This document shows positions 62,961-64,000 of a stretch of DNA of 64,000 bases, piece by piece. How positions within the stretch are numbered: position 1 is the first letter of the stretch; each line of letters starts with the position of its first letter. The stretch is from Leucoraja ocellata. Taxonomy: Eukaryota. Location of the stretch: contig JAWMAR010000489.1 in assembly GCA_036785375.1 (NCBI GenBank), positions 1,240,001 to 1,304,000 on the forward strand. Direction: 5' to 3'. The notes beneath the pieces were generated by a model. That model made no database searches, was not told where the DNA came from, and saw only the letters and a program-made list of their open reading frames with translations. The position numbers and the translations under genes are program-made.

Positions 62961-63081
62961 CGAATCAATTAAAATATAAGGAGTCTCCATTTCATCACCA
63001 GAGGCATATTTTGTTAATTCTAGCCGAATGGTGTAGTTTAGTCCTTTTTCAAAGCATACAGGTCGAGGTAGAACCACATAC
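62961..63081 (-). CDS. LAMB1: LAMB1 exon, LF domain (YVVLPRPVCFEKGLNYTIRLELTKYASGDEMETPYILIDS)
   Basis: ttctag acceptor, gtacgt donor; YVVLPRPVCFEKG identical to LAMB1. Confidence 0.95.
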
Positions 63082-63257
63082 CTAGAAGAACATTAATACC
63101 AATGCATATAGTTAGCCCAACCCATAAATTACAAATCTTCTCTTATAAATGTACACATCAAATTAGTCACTTTCCAAATCCGTTGTTTATCACCTCAACT
63201 CAAAGAATATATGAAATCAAAACAACGAACAAAAAAATATATTTTATCGATCCCAAC

Positions 63258-63385
63258 CTTGATCCTGATGGTAGAGAGAACACTTGGTTATCATCATCAG
63301 GAATAGTATTCACACATCGACTGCCAGTATGAATTTCACCAGGTCGCAACACCGTTATTTTTGCCACTTCCCAGTTCTTTGGCAG
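63258..63385 (-). CDS. LAMB1: LAMB1 exon, LF domain (LPKNWEVAKITVLRPGEIHTGSRCVNTIPDDDNQVFSLPSGS)
   Basis: gttcag acceptor, gttggg donor; ORF 63200..63418. Confidence 0.93.
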
Positions 63386-63474
63386 CTGAACAAAAAGAGT
63401 CACATTCAATTCATGCATATTTTTCTTTTAAAAGGCTATTAAAGGATGCATCTTGTTAAATGAAGATTACTAAC

Positions 63475-63633
63475 CTGTGGTTCATACCGAATCAATATGT
63501 TGTATTCCATGGAATGTGGAATAGCATTTATATGGAATTCTAGATGTGCTCCTTGAGGAACACGTCCAAATCCAATTCCTGTCCAGGTTGGGGAACGATC
63601 CTGTGGATATTGTCGTTGGATAATCGTAACTCC
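63475..63633 (-). CDS. LAMB1: LAMB1 exon, LF domain ([53 protein letters not shown])
   Basis: ttgcag acceptor, gttagt donor; ORF 63439..63639. Confidence 0.95.
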
Positions 63634-63715
63634 CTGCAAAGAATGAAAGTCATGGCATTAATCTAAAGTAATGATCATAATTTAACATCTTGCCTCCGTC
63701 CCAAACCAAACTTAC

Positions 63716-63851
63716 AGGACCCAGGTCAGCTTCCTCTGCTTCGTGTGTGTAATGGTCCAGTGCAATAAAGTAAAATCCAGACTCAACCTCGTTGCAGCGA
63801 CGTGCAACCATGTGCTCTTTGCATTGACACTGGCCTGTCTCTGCCGAACAG
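63716..63851 (-). CDS. LAMB1: LAMB1 exon, truncated LE5 into LF ([45 protein letters not shown])
   Basis: tttgcag acceptor, gtaagt donor; LDHYxxEAEEAxLGP as in LAMB1. Confidence 0.94.
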
Positions 63852-64000
63852 CTGCAAAGGGGAAAGAAAACAAATACTATTTACTTTTTATAACCAAATC
63901 TTTGTGCAAGAGATCAAATCATCTAGTTAACATGCTACATGAACGCCTCATTTTTAAACTAAGTTAATTTGCAAATAAAATGCTGTGCATGTTTCCACCA

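Larger units (their letters stand above)
15737..63851 (-). other. LAMB1: LAMB1 (laminin subunit beta-1) gene, 3' part: 21 coding exons covering LE5, LF (domain IV), LE6-13, coiled coil with Lbeta knob, and C-terminus
   Basis: All 21 exons join in phase; the C-terminus ISQKVAIYSTCL* matches LAMB1 (QKVAVYSTCL) rather than LAMB2; 5' exons lie beyond the window end. Confidence 0.96.

Noticed and set aside
15737-63851. Assignment as LAMB2 or LAMB4
   Set aside because: C-terminus QKVAIYSTCL and segments such as YVVLPRPVCFEKG and [15 protein letters not shown] match LAMB1.

Overview
Eukaryotic, AT-rich vertebrate genomic DNA; the repeat content (V-SINE/HE1-like, Deu-SINE, CR1, Rex/Babar) suggests a cartilaginous fish, probably a skate or ray (inference). 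Two intron-rich genes converge tail-to-tail: the last 5 coding exons of ACTR6 (+, 5949-10460) and the last 21 coding exons of laminin beta-1, LAMB1 (-, 63851-15737). All exon phases join into open frames, and one LAMB1 intron is GC-AG. Most ORFs in the supplied track are spurious or transposon debris. Introns hold a Tc1 element with IR/DR ends, hAT, Harbinger and Tc2-type MITEs, LINE fragments and SINEs. The most striking signal is a dispersed family (about 18 copies) of short Penelope-derived elements carrying a minimal hammerhead-ribozyme core (CTGAAGA-A-GGGTC.TC.GACCC-GAAAC-GTC). One copy is still attached to a GIY-YIG endonuclease fragment. Several others are head-to-head palindromes folded at the ribozyme and flanked by 10-17 bp target-site duplications.
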